This document shows, in pieces, positions 11,390 to 24,991 of a stretch of 64,000 nt of DNA. This DNA is from Octopus vulgaris (Eukaryota). The position numbers and the translations under genes were made by a program. Every line of letters starts with the position of its first letter. Positions within the stretch are counted from its first letter, which is position 1. The notes under the pieces were generated by a model that made no database searches, was not told the DNA's origin, and worked only from the letters and a program-made list of their open reading frames with translations. The stretch covers positions 62,744,001-62,808,000 of the forward strand of contig OX597824.1 of the NCBI GenBank assembly GCA_951406725.2. The letters run 5' to 3'.

Positions 11390-11850
11390 AAAAAAGATTG
11401 CTGTTCAGCTGCCGCCCTTCTCACATCTGGGTGAAGCTGGACCCCTGTTGGGTTTCCGCGCACCACATCTGCATACCGTCTTTCAGTAGTGGTCAGTGCG
11501 CTTTTTCCCTTCTTTTAACTTTTTATTTTTGTTCTCCCTGAGGGAGGGACCTCTGTCTCGCGTCCGTGCGGTTTTGGTAGGGCCTTCGATGTGCAAAGCG
11601 ACAGTTTGCACCTTCGATGCCGTACCAGCAGTCCCCCCTCAGGTAGAATTTGCAGATGTTTCTTTCTTTGCCCTTATAGTTCTTGCTGGGGTCCTTTTGT
11701 ATTCTCTGGACAGGGTTTCTTTTAGCTTTGATTTTGTCGCCTTTGTTGGGAGCTGGACATGTGTCATTGTTTCCCTGTGTTCTAGGTTTCTCCGTTTGGT
11801 TCTGGATGTTTTCTTCATCCTTTTGGCCTTCCCTGGTGCCGTCACCTCCT
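11242..11850 (-). pseudogene. LINE ORF1 C-terminal remnant with CCCH zinc finger
   Basis: Minus strand ~11658-11590 reads ICKFYLRGDCWYGIEGANCRFAH; the downstream frame ...RRYADVVRG...PPQTPTPTHTPQKYFY* overlaps the ORF2 start. Confidence 0.7.
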
Positions 11851-11910
11851 AGGATGGTGTCCAGGGTTATATATAAGAAAAAAGGTTTGGAAATGCAGAG
11901 GACTTTTAAA

Positions 11911-14584
11911 GATGGTTATCATAATTGTATTAAAATTCCGTTATACAGTCTTTGATAATGATGAGAAAATGTTAAAAAATAGAATCTTTGACTATGATAA
12001 GAAAAAGTTAACATTTTACATGAAAGAGTTCAAAATAGGTAGTAAAACAGATTTATAATTATTTTAAGTTCATCAAGAACATATTTAAGTATTTATACAG
12101 AATTTTAGGGGAATGACCAACCTTACCATCCGTCATTTGTCTTGTTTGCTATTTTTAGAAATAGTGTGGGAGGTTGGTTCGTGAGGGAGAGCATTGTGGA
12201 ATCAAACATTTTTTTTCTGGACCAGTCTGTCATGGTTCAGTGTATTTGGGGACTGGTCTTAGTGTTCAAAATTGTGTGTGCAACTCTGTGCACGTTTCTA
12301 TATGTGTGTATATATATATGTGCTTGTGTTTGTGTGTGAGGCTTTTATTGATTGGTCTTAGAATTTTGTGTGGGGTGTGTATGGGTTTGTGTATGTGCGT
12401 CTTTTATATTTAGCAGGATAGTGCGTGTATATGTGCACTTTTCTCTGTGTGTCAGTGTGTGTGTGCGTTTGTGATCTGTATTTGTTTGAGTGCTATGTGT
12501 GCGCATGTGTGTATGTGTTTTTGTGTATGCGCTTGTTTGTGTGGGTGCATCTGAATGTGTGTTGTGTATGTTTTTGTGTGTTGGTGAGAATGTTATGTGC
12601 ATGTACGTGAGTATGTGTGTGTCTCTGTCTGAGTAAGATTGTGTTGTTATAACTGCCTGGGTGGTGTGTATGTTTGTGAGGGTCCATGTGTGTGTGTGTG
12701 GGCGTGTATGTATGAGTGAGTATGTTGTATTTGCCAGTGGTCCTGTGTGTGTACGTGTGTGTTAAGATGAGAGTCCACTGCCAAAAATTGAGGGGCCCCA
12801 CCGCAAGACAGATACCACTTAGTAGACAATTAGATCTCTGTGAACAAAACAAGTCCCCCAAATTCCTAGTTTTCCCACTATACCAATGACCAGACAACAC
12901 CACTGACCAAACACATATAAATAAGGAAAATATATTTATTCAAAAGTACAGACCACAATCCAACTTACTCTAACATGCCCCCCAGGTACACATCCACAAC
13001 AAACACACGCAGATGTAAAAGCACACACAAATACAATGCAAACCTCCGACACATACACATACATATATACATACATGTATACACATGCAATACGATTCTA
13101 GCAAACACAACCAGCACTCAGACACACGCACACACACACATACGTAAACACGTACATGCAGACACCTACACAAACCGCCCTGACAATTACAAGACACCTT
13201 CGCACAAACACACCCATACATACACAGATACACACACAGGCACGCAAATACGGCACCCCCACCTACACACACACACGCATATATACACACATACGTACAC
13301 ACCCACAAACATAATTTGCCCGTTCCCCAGTAAAAAAATCAGACACAGATACACTCAAAGACAAAAACACATACACACAATACAATCTCAACTATCACAA
13401 CAAACACTCCGAGACACACACACCTACATACATAAACACACACACAAGCACGCATACACACATACAGTAAGACAAGCCACCCTGACAAATACAAGACACA
13501 TAGACACACTCACACAAACACACCCACATATATACACACAATGCGCAAACAATACAAACAAACACAAACAATAATACACCCGAACATATGCACGCACCAC
13601 ACAGAATAATAATATACACACTTGCACTCACACGTACACACATACACACACTTCACCACAACAAATATAGCACACACACATATGCACACACACCCGAAAA
13701 CTAAATCGCATACACATACATACACACATACGCACACACACACACACACACACACACAAACGCATACTCAGTACAAACATGCACAGTACGTACTCGCACA
13801 CACATACACGCCATCCGGATAAACGTAACACATACGGACTCTCACAGAACCCCTGACAAATACAACATACTCACACACGTATACACACCCACACACATAC
13901 ACAGATGCACACATACATATAAACGAATAAACACATACACAGACATGCGCACACACAGCACCCTGACAAATACAAATCAAACACTACACACACACACACA
14001 CACACAAGTGCACACATATACACGCACCATCCTGCTAAATATGAAAGACGCACATACACAGACCCAAACACACCCTACACTGAACTCCTAGACCAATAAA
14101 AAAACTCCACTCACAAATACAAGCACATTTATATATATATAAACACATAGAAACATGCACGGAGTCACACACACACACACAATGTGAACTCTAAGACCAA
14201 TCCCCAAACTAACTAAACCATGACAGACTAACACAGAAACAAAAAATCCTTTTGATTCCACAATGCTCTCCCCTACAAACCAACCTTCCACACTATTTTT
14301 TAAAATAGCAAACATTTCTCTAATACACACTACGAGACATGAGATGATGGATGGAAAGGTTGGGCATTCCCCTGGAATACTGTATAAATACTTAAATATG
14401 ATTCCTTCTGTATATATGCTTCTATACAACTATGATTCTTGATGAACTTAAAATAATTATAAATTTATTTTACTACCTATTTTGAACTCTTTCATGTAAA
14501 CTGTTTAAACAAAAGGCCCCTCTTAACATTTTCTTATTATCAAATTGTGTTTAACTGTATTTTAAAACTATGGGGATAACCATT
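11911..14584. mobile_element. Fold-back element with long diverged inverted arms, internal degenerate TG/CA arrays and a short spacer
   Basis: 11911-12440 is the reverse complement of ~14000-14584 (e.g. TTTACATGAAAGAGTTCAAAATAGGTAGTAAAA); TG-rich left arm, CA-rich right arm, unique spacer ~12770-12970. Confidence 0.8.
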
Positions 14585-15399
14585 TTCTCCTACGCCATCC
14601 ATGTTATCCAAGGGAAAGGCAAAGTCCGATAGAGCCTGGCATCAGTGACGTTGCAATTCATTTCAACTGCTGAGTGAACTACCTAAGCGTTTGTTCGTAT
14701 ACATTTACAAAGATGAGAATGTGTTGTATAAAACATTGCTAGCGGTTAAAGGAGTCCCACATATTCTACTTACCTTGTGGCATTTGGTTACAAGTTTTCT
14801 TAGGTTGACCGTATTTTATTTACGCCTTTACATTTACTGGACCCTGACCTGATATTCAGTATCATTAAGTAACTAAATCCACCAGTTTATCCCAAAATAA
14901 GTTGTCCCCTGCTCTATTAGTTAACTCATTAAAAAAATCTGCTCATTGTCATACACGTTGATATTCATCATATACATAGGATTATAGATTTGGGAATGCC
15001 TCTTTAGCAGGCCTCAATGTCTATGTATACTCTGACATATGCAAACCATTTGTACCATGAGACAATAATTAAAATTCGTTACGCAAATAGACGCAACTCA
15101 TTGCTGTCAAACGCTTTCACTAGCGATTGAACAATTCCGACATGCCCTGATAATAAAAATAAAAAATTACTGATTTCTTACATAAGCACAAGATGTTTAA
15201 ATTTCGCAGGAGGTTGATAGTCCATTAAACAGACAAACTAATTTGACTGATATATATTTCACCGAAGCAGAATTATTAACACAAAATCAGCATGAATACA
15301 ACAATCAGTCAGAAATTAAAGGTACATTACTAAACACTGCAGACAATTTCCATCTGTCGCTCCTTCGAGTTTGAACCTGCCGACATCTTAACTCCATTA

Positions 15400-15605
15400 A
15401 TATTGTTTTCAAATTCGGCACAGCACCAGTAATTTTAGGGGTGGGGATAATTGATTACATCGACCCCAATGCTCATTTATTTTAATAACGCTGAAATGAG
15501 AGGTAATGTCCAAGTCGGAATTTGAACTCACAATGTAATGACGGAAGAGGTGCTTCGAAGCGCTTTTCCCGACGTGCCAACGATTCTACAAGTTGGCTGA
15601 CTTAG
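15400..15605 (-). mobile_element. SINE family A, diverged copy
   Basis: GATTACATCGACCCCA...GGAATTTGAACTCA...GTGCCAACGATTCT matches the reverse complement of the 18333 copy. Confidence 0.65.
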
Positions 15606-16467
15606 CTTCCATGAATTTTGAAACCGTTTTTATTCGTCCTCATACCGAAACCCGTTATGGCGCCTTCCTTGGGGTGATTTAAGTGTCACTGATATTTTAT
15701 TAATGGTCATATGATAATTCCTTTCATATAAGTTTGCATGATATTAGGATAGAATGAATCTGAGAGACAAATAAGAATATATCAAATTGAATGCAGATGC
15801 AGTCAACTGCAGCCCGTTAAGTTTATTCAGACACAGCTGCAGCAGCTTTCAACAGTCTTTTCATTGTATGAATGATGTAATATATATGTATGTATGTTTA
15901 TATATATATATATATATACATACATATATACACACTCACACACACGTTTGAAGCAGAATACATATATATATATACGTTGCTCGTATATTATTTTTTTCCT
16001 TCTGCGTTTATACATGTTACGGAATAAGGTGTGCAAATTTCTTGCACACAAATGATTGCTATTCTTATGCTGTTTGGCATAATTATAATTTTGTTGGTAC
16101 CCAGCTGGGAAATAGAAACATTTCAACACTTGTTTATTCTGCCGAATCAGCATATTTAAAAATATGACAAACGCAAATATATCACAGCTTACATAATATC
16201 ACCCACGTACATTTCTATGAAATGTTCAAACTGTGAAAGAATCGATCACAATACACCCACAAGCACAAACACTCATACACACATGCACAACTACAGACAC
16301 ACGCGCACATAAACACACATATATATGTATAGGTATTGATATATAAATATATGTACATACATAAATATACGTATGTACGTGTGTGTGCGTGTATTTATAT
16401 ATGTATGAGCATGCATCTATGTATGTATGAAAGTGTGCGTATATTTATATATATATATACATACATA

Positions 16468-17925
<1,458 letters not shown>

Positions 17926-18332
17926 AGGTATATCATGCGGGAAACATGTTGGTAGACTATTATGAAGTTATAGTTATACTTCTCTTCAAAAGATAAAAAA
18001 ATTTAACGTTCGTCGTTTTTCGCTTTAGATCAGATGTCTTTGGTGTAATTAGTTAGGGAAAATAGGTAAATTGTATTTTATTCTCTATTCGACGTTTTTT
18101 GCTTTACAACATATTTTTACACCCACAAAACTACAAATGTGACTCTGCGTCACCTTAAAAAAAAAAAATATAGTCCAATTAGATTCATTTTCTTTTATTC
18201 TGCCTTAGACTCAATTTCCTGATTTTATAGCCAAAATTCCTATGAAATTCATGAAATTAGCACACATATTAAAGATGTGACAGAGTTTAAAACTTCCATT
18301 CTTTAGTTCAGTATATAATTCTGAGTGTACAT

Positions 18333-18567
18333 AAGGCGGTGACATGACAGAAACGTTAGCACGCCGGTAGAAACGCTTAGTGGTATTTCGTCTGCCGTTA
18401 CGTTCTGAGTTCAAATTCCGTCGAGGTCGACGTTGCCTTTCATCCTTTCGGGGTCGATAAATTAAGTACCAGTTGCGCACTGGCGTCGATGTAATCGACT
18501 TCATCCCTTTGTCTGTCCTTGTTTGTCCCCTCTATGTTTAGCTCTTTGTGGGCAATAAAGAAATGAG
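18333..18567 (+). mobile_element. SINE family A, full length, with a 16-bp target-site duplication
   Basis: AATTCTGAGTGTACAT at 18317-18332 and 18568-18583; B-box-like GAGTTCAAATTCC; body GCCTTTCATCCTTTCGGGGTCGATAAA. Confidence 0.9.
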
Positions 18568-18775
18568 AATTCTGAGTGTACATTTATTGAAGATGAATAG
18601 AAGACCAGGCGGTAATTGGTATTGTATTTAATTATTTTTCCTTAGTGCTCTATAAGTATAAACATACTGATTCAAAATGTGTTGCGACTATCATAATGAA
18701 GTTTTAGCTTCTGCTATATGAATTCTAATTAGCTCAGTACTCTTTCCTGCTCCTCGATCTGAATATACATACAAA

Positions 18776-18777
<2 letters not shown>

Positions 18778-18843
<66 letters not shown>
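18778..18843. repeat. (CA)n microsatellite
   Basis: Direct reading. Confidence 0.95.
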
Positions 18844-18847
<4 letters not shown>

Positions 18848-19189
18848 GAGAAACACGCATACATGCAGATAAAGAACACACACTACACACATACACGCAT
18901 ATCTATGCATCTCTATCTTGTAGTTTACCTAAATTTAATATATATCTGCCAATCTCTCTGTGCAGCTACCACTGAAGATCTCTCTCTCTCTCTCTCTCTC
19001 TCTTTGTTTCTGTACACACACACATACACACACTCCTTTATACATATATATATTCTGATAAATAAGTATGCGACTGTCGCCATTATAACGAAGCTAAAGT
19101 ATGCACAGTAAAGCTGCTCGGCACAAATTTTTGTTGATCTATATTGTGCAAGCGCAGTAAGTATTAAAATTTTACCTCATTCCCGTTGT

Positions 19190-19800
19190 TTACAACTGTA
19201 CTTGGAATGAAGGTGAGTAACATGTGATCGTGGCATTGAACATGACAGAAACATGAGCAGAGCATCTGCATAACATTTTGCCAAAAGCTTGGCGATATCT
19301 GTTCAAAGGCCTACGCAAACTTTTCAAAAAGTTTTCATAGTTCTCGACATAATCAAAGAGATCTTGTGCAACTGATATCTGAGTGACTTTTACCTCAGCT
19401 GAAAGCAGTTTTCGCACAAACTTGGCAGACACGCGTCTCATGACGAAAATTTCTATGATGACGCACTGAACTCAACCGTAACTAATCTGCGCATACTCTG
19501 ATAACTCATGGTGATTCGACGATTTCCCCTCACAGCTGCACGCACACCTGAGATATTTTCTCAGTTCTGCTGGTTGTGCGTTCGTCAATATTTACCGGAA
19601 GGCTCGTCAATATTTACCCTTATAAAAGTCTGAACCACTCGTACACTTGTGTACGGCTCATGCAGTCCTCTCCATATATTTTCTGCAACTTTGCGTCCGC
19701 CTCAAAGCAGGTATCGCCATGACAAGATTCCCTGTCATGGTCAATGCGACTATCATGCGCTACACACCTTTCAAGCAGTGGTGTAAACAGCGGATATAGG
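19190..19800 (-). mobile_element. mariner transposase remnant (N-terminal half)
   Basis: MRRVSAKFVRKLLS...SVAQDLFDYVENYENFLK (WVP-linker region) and HTH-region remnants upstream. Confidence 0.7.
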
Positions 19801-19931
19801 CAAGAACATTAATACTTAGTGTGTTTGCACCTTCACAGGGGGGTTAATGGGCAATTTGTGCTAAGCTGCTTCACACTGCGTGCTTTAGCTTCGTTATTAT
19901 GGCAACTGTCCTTATACTTATTGATCAGACC

Positions 19932-19980
<49 letters not shown>

Positions 19981-19984
19981 ATAT

Positions 19985-20340
19985 ATAGCAATAATAAATC
20001 TCGGAGCGACATCGTGGAGTACAATTGCCACGTATATATATATAGAGAGAGAGACATGTACGGTGGTGGGGCGATAAAATGGTTGTATACTGTCAATCTA
20101 ACACGAACGTGACAGATGGGGGGTACACCACCGCTGTATAGCCCTAGGAAGCATCGACGCCTCCTGGTGGCTTTCACACATTTTCCCCTGTCTTTATATA
20201 CATTTACGAAGGGGAGACAAACACCCCCGGCCGCCAGAGCTGCATCTAGGGGACGTGTTTCAGGATTATTGTCCTTCTTCGGCCTAGAGTAGCAGACACC
20301 GGTCGGCTGGTGATATTTGTCTCGACCTCGTATTGTATAT
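19985..20340 (-). mobile_element. Short interspersed element (probable Penelope pseudo-LTR) with hammerhead motif
   Basis: Higher-GC island between (TA)n tracts containing the motif at 20241-20295. Confidence 0.5.
20241..20295 (-). ncRNA. Minimal type I hammerhead-ribozyme motif
   Basis: TCTAGG-CCGAAGA-AGGA caataa TCCT-GAAA-cacg-TC-cCCTAGA: stem I, core variant, stem II and GUC cleavage triplet. Confidence 0.65.
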
Positions 20341-20385
20341 ATCTATAATTCAGTGAAGTCTATTCACATATATGCATATACATAT

Positions 20386-20445
<60 letters not shown>

Positions 20446-20559
20446 GTATATATCTGTCTATATATGAGCATATATTTTACGTATTATATATACATACATA
20501 TACATAAATATACATTCATGCACATACACACACACACGGATATATATATATATATATAT

Positions 20560-20890
20560 AATCAAAATAATCAACAGGATATCCAGAGGTGATGCAGTAC
20601 GGCAGTACGACCGTTTTAAGCGGCTCTATTTAATGGAGCAATGCAATCATTATAGCAATTTAATTACAGGGCTATCCTCAGTTGCATAAATAAATGAATA
20701 GAATATTTTAATCAGTCGGACACATTAACATTATATTACTTAAATACTCTAGTCGAGTAAAAAGATAGAAAAAGTCCATGTTGCCAACAGTTAAGCTTAG
20801 AATTTACGAGACTATTTTGAGTTGTACGGATAATACCGCACTAATTTTTGGTGCTTAAGCTTAAGTACCTAATTCAACTGAATCTCAGTT
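20560..20890 (-). mobile_element. Penelope-like pseudo-LTR remnant, same family as 44350-44790
   Basis: AATCAAAATAA...GATATCCA..GGT.ATGCAGTACG and CAACTGAATCT shared with 44350-44790; hammerhead core degenerate (GAAA>TAAA). Confidence 0.6.
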
Positions 20891-20965
20891 ATATACATAC
20901 ATACATACACACACACATACACACACACTTACACACACTTACACACAGACACTCACAGATACACG

Positions 20966-20996
<31 letters not shown>

Positions 20997-22959
20997 GCTT
21001 ACATTACACCTCAAAGGCTCTAATATGCAATGCTCAGTGGTAGTCGTTTCCGCTCATCAGATGAATGTACTTTTCTTCCGAAATATTCAGCGTTTGAACA
21101 TTTTCTGAAAAAGGAATAAAAATTTGATAGAAATGCCTATCATTTTGTTCTTTTGTTCAATACCGTTTGTGAGTGGAACGACTCCTTGGAACTCACTTCT
21201 TTTCATTTCTTGTTCTCGAGTTAATCTTATAAACGTCTCTACATTCATACGTTCGAAGTCACTCCAATAATTTCACTAATAAAATTGCATTTTTGCTTAA
21301 ATAACGCTTTAAAAAACAACAATGTATGTGTATGAGCGTGATCATTTTGCATGCGCCCGAGCAACATATAAACATACGTACACTCATGCGGACATATTTA
21401 CAGAGAATTATATAAGCCGACATATACACCGATATAGAAAGGCACCCACTCACATTAAGATATATACCAATAAAAAGGTTAACCGTACCGAAACCAAGGC
21501 TTTTTTTTTTTTTTTCTTGAACCGGTGTGAAATTCGAGATTTGTACCTACATAAAAGATACTTTGCTCCGGGCCTGCAAGGTACTTACTGTTCAGTTGTT
21601 TTGTTCAAATTGTAACCGCCTGTTGAATTGAAGCTTCCATTCTTGCATGGTTTGTGCACTAGAAATGAGCAGGTAATTTCGAATTCATGGGGTTTCGTAT
21701 CAAGCAAGAATCTTATAAACTTCGATACTTTCTATTAGAACTGAAAAAACGAATGCTTGAGCTTGTTATTAGGATTTGAGGATGTGAATTCCGTTGCCCT
21801 AATATATGTTTTAGGTTCATCTCTGCTGTTTGATTCAGCCTCGGTGTTGTGTACTACTCACTTTGCCAGCCAGTTACCATCTAGTGGACTGTTCTCACGA
21901 CTTCTACTGTCACATATTTATGGGTCAGCTCCTTGCATCTCTTTTCCATTTAGCTTCGCAGCATTATAAAACCCAGATTCTTTATCAGACGAATAACTAT
22001 ATGCAATGCAGTTCCTATTCAATATCGTATACTTCTATTCGTTGTGCTGGCCGGAGCAGCCTCAACGCAATAGCAGGAATGGCAGTATTAGACTGAAAGT
22101 CAACATTGGTAGAAGTGATAGAAAATTAGTTCGTATGTGTACTAACATTAGTAATAATTATAAAGATATTAGCACTAATAAAGCTTTAACTGTACTAATA
22201 ATAAAGATAATGAATGAAGTGTACAAGTCCCTTGTATTTCCTCCTTTTATACATAGACACATTGAGAAGCACACGTGCACACATACACTAAACAAATGAT
22301 GGATAAATAAGTAAAAAAATTAGAGGGTACATTGAGAAAATTTTTAAAACGAAGAAGGCTTAAGGAATTATCTTTTTGTAAGAAGCTTGGATGATAGAGA
22401 AGAACATGTCACAGACGAACATTCAATCTTAGAAAATTCCTCCTTAATTTTCAATATAAAATATGGTGAGTAGAATATCCATAATATCCGATATTGTAAA
22501 TGCTTCCCTAAACTGAGGTGGAAAGCTAAATATGACCACTAGAAACCTAACAACCATAATATGCTCGATACACGTTTCTTCCACACATAGTAATTTTTTA
22601 TGATAAAGGAAATAGAACTTTTGGCATAAGGAGAATGTACCCTACCGGAGCGACCTTCAGTTACAGAGTCTGATTGCGCAAAAATAGTTAGAAAAAGAAA
22701 TATATATGTCAACTTTCTAACAAAAAATAAAGATTTTCAAAATATAATAATTTCGTGAAATGAGAAGCTGTCAAATTTTACAATATACCTAAGTACAAAT
22801 TTCGTACTTGACGATCTAATACTTATTTCTTCAACTACCTTATGTATGTACGTACGTATGTATGTATGTTTGTATGTATGTTTGTATGTATGTTTGTATG
22901 TATGTATGTTTGTATGTATGTATGTATGTGTACATATTCTTTTATTTTATTCTTTTACG

Positions 22960-23150
22960 TGCGTTTCAGTCATTTGACATCGGCCATGCTGGGTTTTTTA
23001 GTCGAACAAATCGATCCAAAGACATTTATTTTAAGCTTAGTATATATTCTATCGGTACTCCTGTTGAACTACTATGTTACGGGGTCCTAAACACACCAAC
23101 ACCGGTCGTCAAGCAGTGGCGTGGTGAAAAACACTGGCACAAAGACAAAC
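22960..23150 (-). mobile_element. SINE family B, 3' half
   Basis: GTTTCAGTCATTTGAC..CGGCCATGCTGG...GTTACGGGG...AAACACACCAACACCGGTCGTCAAGC, colinear with 57958-58165. Confidence 0.8.
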
Positions 23151-23279
23151 ACGCGCGCGCGCGCACACACACACACACACATATATATAAATATAATCCA
23201 CAGAAGTGTTAAGAATGTTACAGCCTAGCTATCGAGGTAGAAGTTCCAAGGTTTAGTGAAATACTTTTAGATAACATAT

Positions 23280-24140
23280 ATCAATTAATAAAGGGAGTTA
23301 AACGCAGGTGTTATTCAAATCTTTATACTTCCAACATATGTTTTGAAGAAAATATTGGTATCATTCCTGAGTGAATAAAAGGAGGTAAAACAATGTAGTC
23401 ATCTTGTCAGGGAGAAAAAAGAAACAAAACACATCAACAAGCTATTACTATACATTTTGACATATCAATACACGCAACAATACTGGGCTTAGTAAATATA
23501 TTTGGTCTCTAAATGAATATAATAAACAAATTGGTTTGGAATGGAATATTCTATCTAGATCCTTTCCATATCATAAAGGTAAATCCTTTTGTCCCCTCTG
23601 TACCGAAGAACAGTACCTCATTCTGTTCTCGAAGGATTCTTTTGTAAACATGTTTAAAGAATCCGTTTATCGTTGCAAACACTGGCAAAAACATACCTTT
23701 AGTTCCTATAAGTATTTTCTACCAATCTATAAAATTCAACTCTAGACTGATTTCTTACATTACATTTCCACTACATATATCTATTTACACGCAATTAAGC
23801 TATATTTCCACTCATGTATCGCACTATTTTTAGTCAATCTTAATTTTCTGTTCATTTCTTTCTTTATTCTAGTTCTCTTCCTCTAAATTGCATTTGACAT
23901 TAAATCTATTAACGTTTTTTTTTAAATAACTTGCCAGCGTTCTCGTCATCATGTACGCGGTAATCACATTCGATTAAAATGTCTTTTAGATGTGTTTTGT
24001 GTCCCTTTTTTCCTGGCGAGATGATTACATTGTTTTACATCATTTTATTCCCTCAGGAATAAATACCAATGTTTTCTTCGAAACATGTGTGAGAATTACA
24101 AAGATCTGAATAACACCTGCATTTAATACCATTTCTTAAT
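23280..24140 (+). mobile_element. Penelope-like element 3' fragment (GIY-YIG C-terminus) with inverted pseudo-LTR
   Basis: NTGLSKYIWSLNE...LEWNILSRSFPYHKGKSFCPLCTEEQYLILF...RCKHWQK; 23280-23435 is inverted relative to 23985-24140; hammerhead-like CTGGCGA...GAAACATGT at 24013-24090. Confidence 0.8.
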
Positions 24141-24946
24141 TTATATACACACACAGACATACACACACACACACACACACCCACACACCCACACACATAT
24201 ATATATATATATATATATGGTGAGTATCCTTGAAACTGGGAAGTTTTCCGAGATAAGTGAGCTTCATGCTACTATTGTTCTGTTTAAATTAATTTTTTCT
24301 AGTCAACAAATGCACAAAAGACATGAACTGGGAGTATATTTTCGAAAGGTGGATTTCGTGGGTGAAATGCTTTGGCGTATCGATTAATGCGATTCACTAT
24401 AATCTACCGTGCGCCTCTTATTCAACGGAGATTTGCTTTCGATTTTCAGCTATTGGAATGGTAACTGGGAAGAATCCCTATCTTTGAATGATTCCTCAAT
24501 TTTACTAGTTATAACTGTAGATGTACTAAAACCTCATCGCTGCTGCACAAGTCTCTGTTTACTTACTTAACTATACAGGAATTTCTTTTAGGGTGTAATT
24601 TTTCTTTCATCACCGTCCATGAATATGTTTAATATGTTGATCATTATAGGTATAACAGCTGTTAAGATAGAATACGAATAAATGATGGCATTCCTCATTA
24701 AAGGCCATATAGTAAACGAAAGGAAAACTGATAATAAACGTTGAGGATGCAATCGGCAGAAGATTTCAAAGTATTAAAGCATGAATATAATTATAAATAT
24801 CAGTATACAATGTCTTTAGAGAATTAGTAGGTCCTCATGAGCAACTGATATACTTGTACATATAGATACATCGTATAAAGTTATCAGCAAATTTACGCAC
24901 TTATATATACATACATAAATGCATACATACATGCATACATACATAC

Positions 24947-24991
<45 letters not shown>

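Larger units (their letters stand above)
8234..11850 (-). mobile_element. CR1-clade LINE, 5'-truncated, young
   Basis: ORF1 remnant plus APE-RT ORF2, short 3' UTR with a hairpin, and three 8-bp terminal repeats (TTAAGGAT/TTAAGAAT, 8234-8257); the 3' end abuts a (TA)n tract. Confidence 0.92.

Noticed and set aside
8503-11489. Overlapping plus-strand and alternative-frame ORFs within the LINE
   Set aside because: Shadows of the long APE/RT reading frame; no motifs of their own.
12345-14071. Many His/Thr- or Cys/Val-rich ORFs up to 199 aa
   Set aside because: Translations of degenerate CA/TG arrays within the fold-back element.
18333-18420. Possible tRNA gene (A/B-box-like motifs)
   Set aside because: No cloverleaf; it is the head of a multicopy SINE with a TSD.
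21041-21066. CTGATGAGCGGAAACGAC on the minus strand, hammerhead-like
   Set aside because: No room for stem II and no stem I pairing; chance match or deleted relic.
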